From: Azolla caroliniana
Lineage: Eukaryota > Plantae > Polypodiophyta
NCBI GenBank assembly: GCA_043228905.1
Contig: JBHGNT010000117.1
Span: forward strand, 1 to 64,000
DNA length: 64,000 bases
Reading direction: 5' to 3'
Both the position numbers and the translations under genes were made by a program. Positions 1 to 12,063 of this stretch are shown piece by piece. Positions within the stretch are counted from its first letter, which is position 1; every line of letters begins with the position of its first letter. The notes beneath the pieces are model-generated. The model saw nothing but the letters and a program-made list of their open reading frames with translations, did no database searches and was not told the DNA's origin.

Positions 1-305
1 GAACTTGCCTGGGGGCCTTGGGTTTCGCTATAAATAAGAGGCCTAGCTACCCTCATTTGATCATCTTTTGACTACATCGAGACTCTGCTCGTGTGGTGGG
101 TCAACTCTTGTAGCGAGCGCGCCAGCACCAGGTACGACTCGACGCCACGACGGTGGTATGGGACGCCGATCGAGGCTCGAGTCCGTCTCGATCCCTTCGC
201 TCGGGGGTGGTCGGGTGGATCGGCACCCTTCTTTCTCTTTCTCCTTTCTATCTATCTTTTCATTATCCTTATCTTAAGCTTACGTTAGTATCTAGATCTA
301 TAATA
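1..305 (+). mobile_element. 3' part of a chromovirus-family LTR, nested inside another LTR of the same family
   Basis: Reverse complement of LTR 696-1150. Ends ...AGATCTATAATA at 305 and abuts an opposite-orientation LTR piece. Confidence 0.85.
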
Positions 306-419
306 TTAAAGTAATCCTCCCCTTCTTTACACTCTCATTTAACCCTCACACTTATCCACGTGTATAGAATACTACGGTAAATTCTTACCACGGGATATTA
401 TATGGTCATGCCCGTAACA
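306..419 (-). mobile_element. 5' (U3) end of a chromovirus-family LTR inserted in albumin copy 1
   Basis: Matches 1037-1150. Minus strand starts TGTTACGGGCATGACC; albumin coding sequence resumes at 420. Confidence 0.85.
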
Positions 420-695
420 CTTCCTCTCTTTCGGAGCGCTCTTGTAGCTCTCGGATCTGCTTGTCGATGAAATCACCGCACTCTCGCCTCAGTTCCTCGT
501 CACGTGGCTCATCGCGACCACGGCTACGACGTTCCCTTTCCTCTTCGGAGTCTCTCTTGTTGTCTCTGTAGCGGCGCCCCTCCTCAAGGAACCCCTCACG
601 ACGTCGCTCGCGCCTCTGGTCATCGCACTCCCCCTCTCGGCGTCGATCGCGCCTCTCCTCGTCATTGTCTCCCTCACGACGTCGATCGCGTCGCT
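420..695 (-). pseudogene. 2S albumin-like copy 1, middle fragment between two LTR-element insertions
   Basis: Near-identical to about 10293-10568 of the intact copy. Confidence 0.9.
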
Positions 696-1150
696 TATTA
701 TAGATCTAGGTACTAAAGTAAGCTTAAGATAAGGATAAAGAAATAAAAGATAGAAAGGAGAAAGAGAAAGAAGGGTGCCGATCCACTCGACCAACCCCGA
801 GCGAAGGGATCGAGACGAACTCGAGCCTCGATCGGCGTCCCATACCACCGCCATGGCGTCGAGTCGTACCTGGTGCTGGCGCGCTCGCTACAAGAGTTCA
901 CCCACCACACGAGCAGAGTCTCGATGTAGTCAAAAGATCATCAAATGAGGGTAGCTAGGCCTCTTATTTATAGCGATACCCAAGACCCCCAGGCAAGTTC
1001 ACACTTGACCTAAGGGGTTGTCTCAATCCCGAGGATTAAAAGTAATCCTCCCCTTCTTTACACTCTCATTTAACCCTCACACTTATCCACGTGTATAGAA
1101 TACTACGGTAAATTCTTACCACGGGATATTATATGGTCATGCCCGTAACA
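696..1150 (-). repeat. 3' LTR (455 bp)
   Basis: Direct repeat of 6819-7272 with scattered substitutions; TATAAATA inside; follows the PPT. Confidence 0.95.
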
Positions 1151-4100
1151 TACTCCCCCTCTTTAAAACATTGCACTCTTGCAATGGAAAGTTAGGGAAG
1201 TTAGTTCTAAGAGTATTTTCGTGTTCCCATGTGGCATCTTTTATTGATTTATCCATCCATTTTATTTTGAATTCTCGGATTTCTTTAGTACGTAATTTTT
1301 TTGTTTTAACATCGAGAATTCTTTCTGGTACATGTGGTTTAGAAGATAATTCTTCAGAAGTAACCAGAGTTTCAGTCGTAACTGTATTGTCGCCAGAACC
1401 TAGAAGTTCTTTTAGACGACTCACATGAAAGACTGGATGAATTCCGACACCATCGGGAAGAGCGAGACGATAGGCTGATGACCCAATGCGTTTGAGGACT
1501 GTAAAAGGTCCACAAAACCGTGGGGCTAACTTAGCGCACTTACCCGTAGACAGTGTCTTAGAATTGTGAGGTACACCGAAAAATACCTTCTGTCCAGGGT
1601 TGAATACACGAGGTTGCCTATGATGATCGGCATAAAAACGCGCTCTATCTTCAGCTGTTTTTATATTATCTCGTGCAATATGCAACATATCTTGCATATC
1701 CCGAAGAAAGTTTTGCGTACTTCGCAACTCATCATGATGTATAGTAACATCAATCGGGGCTCGTGGCTGAAAACCATACATCAACATAAAAGGACTATAT
1801 CCCGTCGACGTATGCTTGGAGTTTTATATAAGCAAACTCCAAAATTGGGAGATAACGTTCCCATTTTGTTGGTTTTGCACCAACGTATGCTCGAAGCATG
1901 TCCTCAATAATTTGATTTACTCATTCTGTCTGTCCATCAGATGGAGGATGATCCGTGGAGCTCATGCTCAACGTAGTTTCTAACTTCTTAAAGACTTGTG
2001 TCCAGAAGTCACTAGTAAACTTTGGATCTCGATCACTCACGATATCCATCGGTAACCCATAAAAACGAAACAATTCGTCAACGAATTGGTAAGCCAATTC
2101 AGGAGCTGTTACCGTGGTTTTAGTAGCAATAAATCTGGCCATTTTAGTTAGTCGATCAACGACAACCCAGATGGCATCATGACCTTTTTGGGTGCGAGGA
2201 AGGCTAACAATAAAATCCATGGACATACTTTCCCACTTATTATTGGGAATGTCCAAGGGATGTAAAAGTCCTGCAGCTTTAAGTCGCTCGGCTTTGTTAA
2301 CCTGACACTGGTGACATTTAGTCACATAGCTATGTATGTCAGGACGCATCTTAGGCCAATAAAATTGAGTGGAGATGAGAACGAGTGTACGATGTATTCC
2401 AAGGTGCCCTGCTGAGGGTGCATCATGGCATTCAAAAAGAATCCTCTTTTTGACCTCGGGTAAATCTGGAACACAAACCTTCCCATTACGGTAGAGCAAA
2501 CCGTTAGCAATGTGGAAGTATTCCTTCGAGGATGTGGTGGTGTCTGTTCCAGACTCAACTCTTGCCCAGTATTTTGCGAAATAACTGTCATCAGGATACT
2601 TTCCTCGAAGGTGATCATAAAGATCTGATGATATTTCAGTGAAGCTAAGCGTGTTAACTTCACGGATGCGACTTAGTGCATCAGCGACAATGTTCATGGA
2701 ACCTTTACGATATCGTATAGAAAAATCAAAGTCCTGGATGAGATCAGCCCATCGTGCCTTACGACCTTTCAGGTCTTGTTGGTCACAAAAATATTTTAAG
2801 GACTCGTGGTTCGTAGTTACCACAAAGTGATTTCCATAAAGATAATGGCGCTATGTTTTGAGCGCATGTATAACTGCAAATAATTCCTTTTCTTGAACGG
2901 TATACCGACATTGAGCAGAATCAAGTTTCTTACTCTCGAATGCTATTGGTTTACCATCTTGATACAAGACAACACCTATAGCATAATCGCTTGCATCGGT
3001 TTCAACCTCAAAAGGTTTTGAAGGATCAGGTAAAAGAAGTGAAGGAGCCTTGCAAACCAGGTCCTTGAGTTCCTTAAAGGCAAGGTCTAGTGTAGCATTC
3101 CACACAATAGGTTTTGTAGACTTACGCGTTTGACCTTTTAAAAGATCAGTAAACGGCGTCGTCAATTGGGAGTAATTACGAAGAGACTTTCGCAAAAACC
3201 CCACAAAACCAAGGAATGATCGAACTTCTCGAATATTCCGAAGAGTGGGCCAAAGCTTGATTTTCTCAATGCGAGAATGATCAATTTCAACTCCTCGTTC
3301 GGTTATGAGATGTCCTAGATAAGTAATTGATTTCTTGAAGAACTCACATTTTGAGATCTTCGCATAAAACTGTTTGTCACGCAATGTTTGTAAAACAAAG
3401 GGGACATGTCCTTGAGTTGCTTAGATACCTCATCTTCTTCGGATCGACTTAAGCGATACGGAGGTATACTTATTGGTGCAACACCAGGTACAATATCTAT
3501 ACGATGGTCTATATTACGTTTAGGAGGTAACCCATCAGGTAGTTCACTTGGAAAAACATCATGAAAATCATTTAAGATTTCATCAAGTTGTTGTTGTTCA
3601 AAATATGTTAATTGAATCGGGACATTATCGATATTGTAAACGTGAATGTCCGGATCAAGTACACAATAAAATAACGTAGAACAAGACAACTCGGATATTG
3701 ATGGACACGAGGAAACAATCGAGAGGGATTGTTTTTTTTACACATTGAATAAAATGCGTACAATCGTTCAGTACAAAAGAAATGGAATGACGAACCCAAT
3801 CAATAAATAAAGAAGAGTTTTTATTATAAAACCAGGGATAACCCAATATTACATCGGTGGTACAAAGATTCATTACATGGAAGTCTACTTCCTCTATATA
3901 AGTATCAATAGAAATTCCTAATGAATGAATCGCCCCGTTGATGTATTGTACTCTTCCATCAGCCAAGTGCACCGTGTAGGTGTGATCACTTACGGTGGGT
4001 TGGATTCCCCATATCTGAACCAAACGATCATTCACAAAATTGTGTGAGCTTCCCGAATCAAATAAAAATTGTACGGGAGATCCATTGATATACCCGTTTG

Positions 4101-5129
4101 CACGTAGTAAATCATTGGGACCCAATACATAGTGAGGGAAAGAACATTGACAATTACTTAAATGATGTGTATAGACCTGAAGGACATTAGGAATCTGACC
4201 TTTATGGTCTGCAGCTTTAGCTTTGTTGTCGTGCTCTTTCCGTTGGAGCTTTCGACATTGATCTTTTGTATGACCCTTCTTTTTGCAGAATACACAAAAA
4301 GGATGTTGTCGCTTACAATCGGGATCCAGGAATTCGTTGGGTGTCTTGCGTTTCCCAACAAATTGCCACTGCTTAGTCCCGGGCGCTTCGTTGGGTTTGT
4401 TATGGTCCTTCTTCGAAGTGCGTTGATAGCGAAGAACTATTTCAACGGCCTCTTCGAAGGATTTTGGATCCTTATCGTGCACTATCCAGTGATAGTCCGA
4501 ATTGGGGATGCCATTGACAAAACAAGCTATAAACCAATTGTCCCCTTCTAGACCCGATTTTTGGATTTGGGTTCTAGCATGGTGAACATAGTCTTCTAGC
4601 GAGGAAAATTTCCTGCTAGAGAGGTTCATTAAAGCTTGTGCTGCCTCGGTTCGAGAGGGAGGTTGCAGAAATTGGCCCTTAAAAACCATGACAAAATCTG
4701 TCCAGGTATCGGGCAATTTCCCCATAGTACGGAGGCCACGCCACCAGGCGGCGGCCTTACCCCCGAGTTCTCGACCGACATATGCAATCTTCGTACTATC
4801 TGGCGTGGGATAGAGCTCAAAATGAGACTCCCATCATCCTAGCCATGTGCAGATTGCTTCTTCGGTTCTTTCCTTTTTGTCTCCCTTAAATGGCTTAACG
4901 ACAAATGATGGTTCACCTTGTCGCTCATCAGGTCTATTAGTCTCACGTTGTAGACTAATGACACGTGCCTCAAGAGCACTCTGAGATTGCCGACAGTCAT
5001 CTGTTGAGCGGTGAAACTAAGGTATTGGGTTATTTGTGCCAAATACATCTCAGTGGACATTTGTCCAGGAGGATTCCCTTGAGTTCCTTCCGCTTGAGCG
5101 GATGACATCGGGTCGTTAATTTGAGCCAT
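1137..5129 (-). pseudogene. Disrupted gag-pol: gag with CCHC knuckle, aspartic protease, RT remnant, RNase H, integrase, chromodomain
   Basis: CVFCKKKGHTKDQC; FLFDSGSSHNF; ETDASDYAIG; HDAPSAGH..CHQC, SMDF, SDRD; PERILD..KW..ATWE. Stops and frameshifts; RT core deleted near 3409. Confidence 0.93.
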
Positions 5130-6818
5130 TAAAGATTATTTCTGGAAAAGAAATAGGATAAGGTCAGAGATATAGTCATAACATCTTGTCGTGATGTAAA
5201 CATATCATGGGCGAGCATTAATCGATATCATTATCTCACGTCAATACCCCTCTAGACGTATGAGATGCGGTTCAAGATCAGGTTACTATGGTAACACAAA
5301 GGTGTTTTAAAAACCATGGGGGTGACAAATAAATGTCTTTCCCTGATCTCTATATCGATTTTTTCATGGTGGCTCCCCGAGGCTCAACCATGTATGTTCG
5401 CGTCATGAATAGTTTATACACGAAAATAAGTGTTAACAATAAACTATGTTTCAGTGCCCACATAAGTGGTTTCGGCTCTTTAAGTCCTATTACGAGGACC
5501 CCGAGGTGCACTTAGACCTTAAGTCTAAACATGTGTTATAGTCATATGTATCAAGGATGTTGTATGGTCTTGGCCATATTTGAACTCGAGACCTCGAGAA
5601 CAAATACATTAAACACTTGAGCCAACCAAGTAAGTTGCTCTTCTCGAATGCTTAATGTTTGATGCGTATAAGAGATATGCGAGGCAATTGATCATATATG
5701 TTTTTTTAAAAGAACATATATGTCAAGGGTCCTTATTGCGCCCTCAATTACCAAAACTATGTTGGTACGTTACCTAACCTCAAGTCTCGTAATTACGATG
5801 GCATACGCCAAAGTGCAACCTAATGGTCAAGCCAAATGAGCCCTCGTTTCGTAGTAGGCTCACGTGGGCCATCACATGGTCACGTCATTACGAATGCCTC
5901 TCGTAAGAACGAGCTCATGGTGGCATCGTATCCATGTAACGAGGGAGGGATGTTGGATACGTGCGCCATTGGAGCGACCTCACTTGAAGTGGGTCAAGCC
6001 CTACGTACTCAACATCATTTTGGCTATTCGCGTTTCTTTACGTAACGAAATCGAGGTTGTCAACGGGGTTATCAACAATAAAAAAATGTTGAAAAAGGGA
6101 TGGTGACAACGCCATTCTCACAAAAATGTGAGGACGGCCACCAACATCCTTTTCCCGACAAGGACAACTTTCGATATAATCACGTAATAACGAATATACA
6201 CATATGTTTACTTATCACATATATACGATCAAATACGTATATATGTGACCACATATGCCTATATTAAACATATTGTTATATTAAATAACCACAAATGATG
6301 TGATCGAGATACGTAATCCAGGTATATACCTCTACGCACACGAAACATCCACAAATAAGAGATCATCGTAATACGCCATGGAGGTATTGACCTCTTACGC
6401 ATACGAGACAAAACGCATATCGTTTACAACAAATCAAGGTATTAAACTCATACGCAAACGTAACATATGTTCGTGAATGTAATACGTAATTGAGGTATTA
6501 ACCTCATACGCATACGACACTCATCACATATTATTAATATGTCAAACGAGGTATTGACCTCGTGCACATATGTAAACGTTTTAGATAATCAATTAAAGAC
6601 CACTACAACATCATTGATTTAATGAAAAAAATTATATATAAACTAAACACATGATTAGATGGGAGAAGAGAGAATAGAAAGAAAAATTATGGAAAGAGTT
6701 ACCGAAGTTCTTTGTTGATCGTTGTCTGGAACAAGGCCAACCGCACAACGATCGATCAGCATCAATCAAAAGACAAATGAAAAACAAAGAAACATTAGTA
6801 CAAAAATCTGATACCAAA

Positions 6819-7272
6819 TATTATAGATCTTGGTACTAACGTAAGCTTAAGATAAGGATAAAGAAATGAAAGATAGAAAGGAGAAAGAGAAAGAAGGGTG
6901 CCGATCCACCCGACCACCCCCGAGCGAAGGGATCGAGACGGACTCGAGCCTCGATCGGAGTCCCATACCACCGTCGTGGCGTCGAGTCGTACCTGGTGCT
7001 GGCCGCTCGCTACAAGAGTTCACCCACCACACGAGCAGACTCTCGATGTAGTCAAAAGATGATCAAATGAGGGTAGCTAGGCCTCTTATTTATAGCGATA
7101 CCCAAGACCCCCAGGCAAGTTCACACTTGACCTAATGGGCTGTCTCAATCCCGAGGATTAAAAGTAATCCTCCCCTTCTTTACACTCTCATTTAACCCTC
7201 ACACTTATCCACGTGTATAGAATACTACGGTAAATTCTTACCACGGGATATTATATGGTCATGCCCATAACA
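6819..7272 (-). repeat. 5' LTR (454 bp)
   Basis: Followed on the minus strand by TT and the PBS TGGTATCAGA. Confidence 0.95.
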
Positions 7273-7374
7273 TCGCTCCTCTTCACGGTCCCGCCCTACA
7301 GACCTAGCATTGGCCGCGGTACACGCGGCGAGCATGATCACGGCCATGAGGAATACGGAAGTAAGCTTTGCCAT
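7273..7374 (-). pseudogene. 2S albumin-like copy 1, 5' fragment (signal peptide)
   Basis: ATG at 7374, MAKLTSVFLMAVIMLAAC..., interrupted at the TSD. Confidence 0.9.
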
Positions 7375-7780
7375 TGCGATTGTCCTTATGATCCCGGTGC
7401 TTGTCTCCTAATGGATTGTATTGACATTGCTCCCTCCACCTTCAATATATACACATGCCCATGCAATCAGAGCACATGCATGTCCCTCACCACTCCCATT
7501 ACCATAACGTGTGTGTCCTGCGTACAACTCTTGCCCAAGACCCATACCAACTAGTCCACCCTCCCACACGTCTAGGCTAGTCCAAGGTGTCGTATAGTCA
7601 CCAGACAATCTGGGCGCAACCTGTAGCGGGTACTCCTCCTCCTCCTCGCACGAGAGCTTGTCGAGCAACATAACATTTATACATACATAGGTAAATGTAC
7701 GCACTCGCGCGTGCGCGTAGGGGTGTGCGGGCACGTGCACATTAGACTAGCACGCGCTAGTGCCGAGACACTAAGCACGC
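7375..7780 (-). promoter_or_regulatory. Storage-protein promoter of copy 1 (TATA, RY, G-box)
   Basis: TATA-like near 7445-7451, CATGCATG at 7475-7482, CACGTG at 7732-7737. The same layout recurs upstream of the other copies. Confidence 0.75.
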
Positions 7781-8235
7781 GGAGGCTACTGCGGGACGAG
7801 TGGTGGCTCCCGAGTGTGCTACATCGATGAACGTAGATAGACCGGTGTCCGTACTCGCTCGTTCGGACGAGGGGTTGGTAACGACGACGACAAGGAAAGC
7901 TAACCGGACTACCACACTAGGAGTGTCCTATCGGGCAAGTGTGGAAGCAAGTTCACATTCGCCGCGTGTACAAGTTGACCTTAGCCGTTGCCGTGGCGTG
8001 TGCGGTATGGGTGTTCTGCTTTGATATTTTTTTTCCGTTTGGGTGGTTTGCGGTCCCTATAGGCAAATTCTATACGTTGGTGGTCGTGTTTACGTTCGTG
8101 TTGGAGGGACGTTGGTGCTCGTGTTTACGTTCGTGTGGGTGTAATGCGCGATTGGGGAGACGCACTTGTTCGTAAACACTTACGAGAAATTAGAGAGAGA
8201 CCACGAGAATAATTTGAAGAAGGTTTATGCACTAT

Positions 8236-9021
8236 TTAGAAGCGACGAATACAAGCACGAGGGCGAAGATCGCACAGTTGGAGTAGGCGGGAGGCGGCGA
8301 CGCCTAGAGCTCTTTCCTCGTCATCGGCCTTGAATTGGCGACGTTGTTGACGTTCGTCCTCTTGTCGTCGAGACATGCGGTGGTGGCGTTCGTCACCCTC
8401 TCGTCGCTCACGGCTGCTATCTCTCTCGCGCTCCTCGTCCTCTTCCTCCCATCTACGGTGTTCCTTTGATTGTTGGCCATGGCGTCGGCCTTCATCATTG
8501 CGTCGTTCCTCCTCGTCAGCATACAAGGCATCACGTAGGCGATCGCATCGATCTTCGGCGGGGATTCGTTCGACGTTCCTGCAGCACCGTTCCGAGGGTC
8601 TTGAGTATCGAGTGTTTTCGATCCATGGGGAGCGACGTCCTTGTTCACCTTCCTCTCTTTCGGAGCGCTCTTGTAGCTCTCGGATCTGCTTGTCGATGAA
8701 ATCACCGCACTCTCGCCTCAGTTCCTCGTCACGTGCCTCATCGCGACCACGGCTACGACGTTCCCTTTCCTCTTCGGAGTCTCTCTTGTTGTCTCTGTAG
8801 CGGCGCCCCTCCTCAAGGAACCCCTCACGACGTCACTCGCGCCTCTCGTCATCGCACTTCCCCTCTCGGCGTCGATCGGGCCTCTCCTCGTCAATGTCTC
8901 CCTCACGACGTCGATCGCGTCGCTCCTCTTCACGGTCCCGCCCTACAGACCTAGCATTGGCCGCGGTACACGCGGCGAGCATGATCACGGCCATGAGGAA
9001 TACGGAAGTAAGCTTTGCCAT
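8236..9021 (-). pseudogene. 2S albumin-like copy 2, full length with one nonsense codon
   Basis: 786 nt, collinear with 9880-10665; CGA>TGA at 8833-8835. Confidence 0.92.
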
Positions 9022-9440
9022 TGCGATTGTCCTTGTGATCCCGGTGCTTGTCTCCTAATGGATTGTATTGACATTGTTCCCTCCACCTTTAATATATACA
9101 CATGGCCATGCAATCAGAGCACATGCATGTCACTCACCACTCCCATTACCATAACGTGTGTGTCCTGCGTACAACGCTTGCCCAAGACCCATACCAACTA
9201 GTCCACCCTCCCACACGTCTAGGCTAGTCCTAGGTGTCGTATTGTCACCAGACAATCTGGGCGCAACCTGTAGCGGGTTCTCCTCCTCCTCGCGCGAGAA
9301 CTTGTCGAGTAACATAACATTTATACATACATAGGTAAATGTGCCCACTCGCGCGTGCGCGTAGGGGTGTGCGGGCACGTGCACATTAAACTAGAACGCG
9401 CTAGTGCGGAGACACTAAGCACGCGGAGGCTACTGCGGGA
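9022..9440 (-). promoter_or_regulatory. Storage-protein promoter of copy 2
   Basis: TATA near 9088-9098, CATGCATG at 9122-9129, CACGTG at 9376-9381. Confidence 0.75.
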
Positions 9441-9879
9441 CGAGTGGTGGCTCCCGAGTGTGCTACATCGATGAACGTAGATAGACCGGTGTCCGTACTC
9501 GCTCGTTCGGACGAGGGGTTGGTAACGACGGCGACAAGGAAAGCTAACCGGACTACCACACTAGGAGTGTCCTATCAGGCAAGTGTGGAAGCAAGTTCAC
9601 ATTCGCCGCGTGTACAAGTTGACCTTAGCCGTTGCCGTGGCGTGTGCGGTATGGGTGTTCTGCTTTGATATTTTTTTTCCGTTTGGGTGGTTTGCGGTCC
9701 CTATAGGCAAATTCTATACGTTGGTGGTCGTGTTTACGTTCGTGTTGGAGGGACGTTGGTGCTCGTGTTTACGTTCGTGTGGGTGTAATGCGCGATTCGG
9801 GAGACGCACTTGTTCGTAAACACTTACGAGAAATGAGAGAGAGACCACGAGAATAATTTGAACAATGTTTATGCACTAT

Positions 9880-10665
9880 TTAGAAGCGACGAATACAAGC
9901 ACGAGGGCGAAGATCGCACTGTTGGAGTAGGCGGGAGGCGGCGACGCCTAGAGCTCTTTCCTCGTCATCGGCCTTGAATTGGCGACGTTGTTGACGTTCG
10001 TCCTCTTGTCGTCGAGACATGCGGTGGTGGCGTTCGTCACCCTCTCGTCGCTCACGGCTGCTATCTCTCTCGCGCTCCTCGTCCTCTTCCTCCCAGCTAC
10101 GGTGTTCCCTTGATTGTTGGCCATGGCGTCGGCCTTCATCATTGCGTCGTTCCTCCTCGTCAGCATACAAGGCATCACGTAGGCGATCGCATCGATCATC
10201 GGCGGGGATTCGTTCGACGTTCCTGCAGCACCGTTCCGAGGGTCTTGAGTATCGAGTGTTTTCGATCCATGGGGAGCGACGTCCTTGTTCACCTTCCTCT
10301 CTTTCGGAGCGCTCTTGTAGCTCTCGGATCTGCTTGTCGATGAAATCACCGCACTCTCGCCTCAGTTCCTCGTCACGTGGCTCATCGCGACCACGGCTAC
10401 GACGTTCCCTTTCCTCTTCGGAGTCTCTCTTGTTGTCTCTGTAGCGGCGCCCCTCCTCAAGGAACCCCTCACGACGTCGCTCGCGCCTCTCGTCATCGCA
10501 CTCCCCCTCTCGGCGTCGATCGCGCCTCTCCTCGTCAATGTCTCCCTCACGACGTCGATCGCGTCGCTCCTCTTCACGGTCCCGCCCTACAGACTTAGCA
10601 TTGGCTGCGGTACACGCGGCGAGCATGATCACGGCCATGAGGAATACGGAAGTAAGCTTTGCCAT
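9880..10665 (-). CDS. Arg/Glu-rich 2S albumin-like (prolamin superfamily) storage protein precursor, 261 aa, intronless
   Basis: Signal peptide. Cys skeleton ECGDFI...PSERCC...DRC...QQC..AC; PSERCC resembles conifer 2S albumins. About 66 Arg by manual count. Sibling copies carry an RY/G-box promoter. Confidence 0.85.
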   Translation of the reverse strand: MAKLTSVFLMAVIMLAACTAANAKSVGRDREEERRDRRREGDIDEERRDRRREGECDDERRERRREGFLEEGRRYRDNKRDSEEERERRSRGRDEPRDEELRRECGDFIDKQIRELQERSEREEGEQGRRSPWIENTRYSRPSERCCRNVERIPADDRCDRLRDALYADEEERRNDEGRRHGQQSREHRSWEEEDEERERDSSRERREGDERHHRMSRRQEDERQQRRQFKADDEERALGVAASRLLQQCDLRPRACIRRF

Positions 10666-11211
10666 TGGGGTCGAAGCACGCTACGGTGTACCAAAAAAGT
10701 ACTCTTTTTGGGCACAAAAATTGTCAGTACTTTCAATACTGTTAGTGCTGAATAATTCAGAAAAAAAATTAGAGAAAAAGAAAATCGATTTTGGAGAGTG
10801 GGGTGACTGTAGTACAAGTGTCATTTACTGTAGAAGGAGTGGGGGGAACACCTGAGGAGATGTTCTTCCATTTTGGGGGCTATTTTCCCCTCACGTCGAT
10901 TTTGGCGCTTCCCCTCACGTCGTTTTGGCGATTCCCCTCATACTGTTCTTCCTCTATCTCTCTGAGCTTTTCATCACAAACATCCATGTCACGTTTCTGA
11001 TTTTCCTTCAATCTAAATCTCAGACATCCATGTCTGGTTGGAGAGTTTGAGTTGAGGATTTCTGATTTTTTTAGGGTTTCTGTTTTTGTTAGGTTTCGGT
11101 TGAGGTACAGAGACTATTCTAAAGGTTTAGGTAGCAGCCAATAGTCACTTCTTTGACAACGACTTTCGTACTTCCACCGATTGCAGTTGATGTCGTGGTG
11201 ATTTGGGGCTT

Positions 11212-12006
11212 TTTCCACCAAATCGAGGCGGCATTGGAGGTTCCTTCCACCAAATCGAGGCGGCATATCCAACGCTCCCTCCACCATTGGAGGTTCCTTC
11301 CACCAAATCGAGGCTGCATATCCACGCTCCCTCCACCATTGGAGGTTCCTTCCACCAAATCGAGGCGGCATATCCAACGCTCCCTCCACCATTGGAGGTT
11401 CCTTCCATCCATTTTTTTATTTTCAGTACTAAAATGTTTCATTTCTTCATATTTCAGTACTAAATTTTTAGAATTGACATTTGCCATATTTGATATGTAA
11501 TTCTAATGTTTGAAACAAAATATTTCTCACTTTGCAGGCCACATTTAAAAACATTTGATTGTGTTTTCTTGGTTGAGTCTATATATCCACGCTCCCTCCA
11601 CCATTGGAGGTTCCTTCCATCCATTTTTTTATTTTCAGTACTAAAATGTTTCATTTCTTCATATTTCAGTACTAAATTTTTAGAATTGACATTTGTCATA
11701 TTTGATATGTAATTCTAATGTTTGAAACAAAATATTTCTCACTTTGCAGGCCACATTTAAAAACATTTGATTGTGTTTTCTTGGTTGAGTCTATATATCC
11801 ACGCTCCCTCCACCATTGGAGGTTCCTTCCATCCATTTTTTTATTTTCAGTACTAAAATGTTTCATTTCTTCATATTTCAGTACTAAATTTTTAGAATTG
11901 ACATTTGTCATATTTGATATGTAATTCTAATGTTTGAAACAAAATATTTCTCACTTTGCAGGCCACATTTAAAAACATTTGATTGTGTTTTCTTGGTTGA
12001 GTCTAT
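11212..12006 (+). repeat. About 53-bp tandem repeats followed by three 212-bp tandem repeats in the transposase leader
   Basis: TTCCACCAAATCGAGGCGGCA repeated; identical blocks offset by 212 bp (11506 and 11718). Confidence 0.9.
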
Positions 12007-12063
12007 AGAACATTAACTACTTTCGCAAGACACTTAATTTTTGTGGATAAATCTAGTGACCGA

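Larger units (their letters stand above)
696..7272 (-). mobile_element. Two-LTR Ty3/Gypsy chromovirus with RT deletion and TSD TCGCT
   Basis: LTRs 6819-7272 and 696-1150. PBS TGGTATCAGA at 6807-6816 (tRNA-Met type). PPT AAAGAGGGGGAGTA at 1151-1164. TSD TCGCT at 691-695 and 7273-7277. Gene order gag-PR-RT-RH-IN-chromo. Confidence 0.95.

Noticed and set aside
68-910. Short ORFs in LTRs (MWWVNSC...) recurring across the window
   Set aside because: They recur only because the LTR recurs; no protein motif.
6310-6570. CRISPR-like spaced palindromic repeats
   Set aside because: Inside a plant retrotransposon leader, degenerate, repeated with the same spacers in every copy, and no cas genes.
8304-10598. 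Alternative-frame and antisense ORFs over the albumin genes (Ser/Arg-rich)
   Set aside because: Shadow frames of a GC-rich repetitive CDS.
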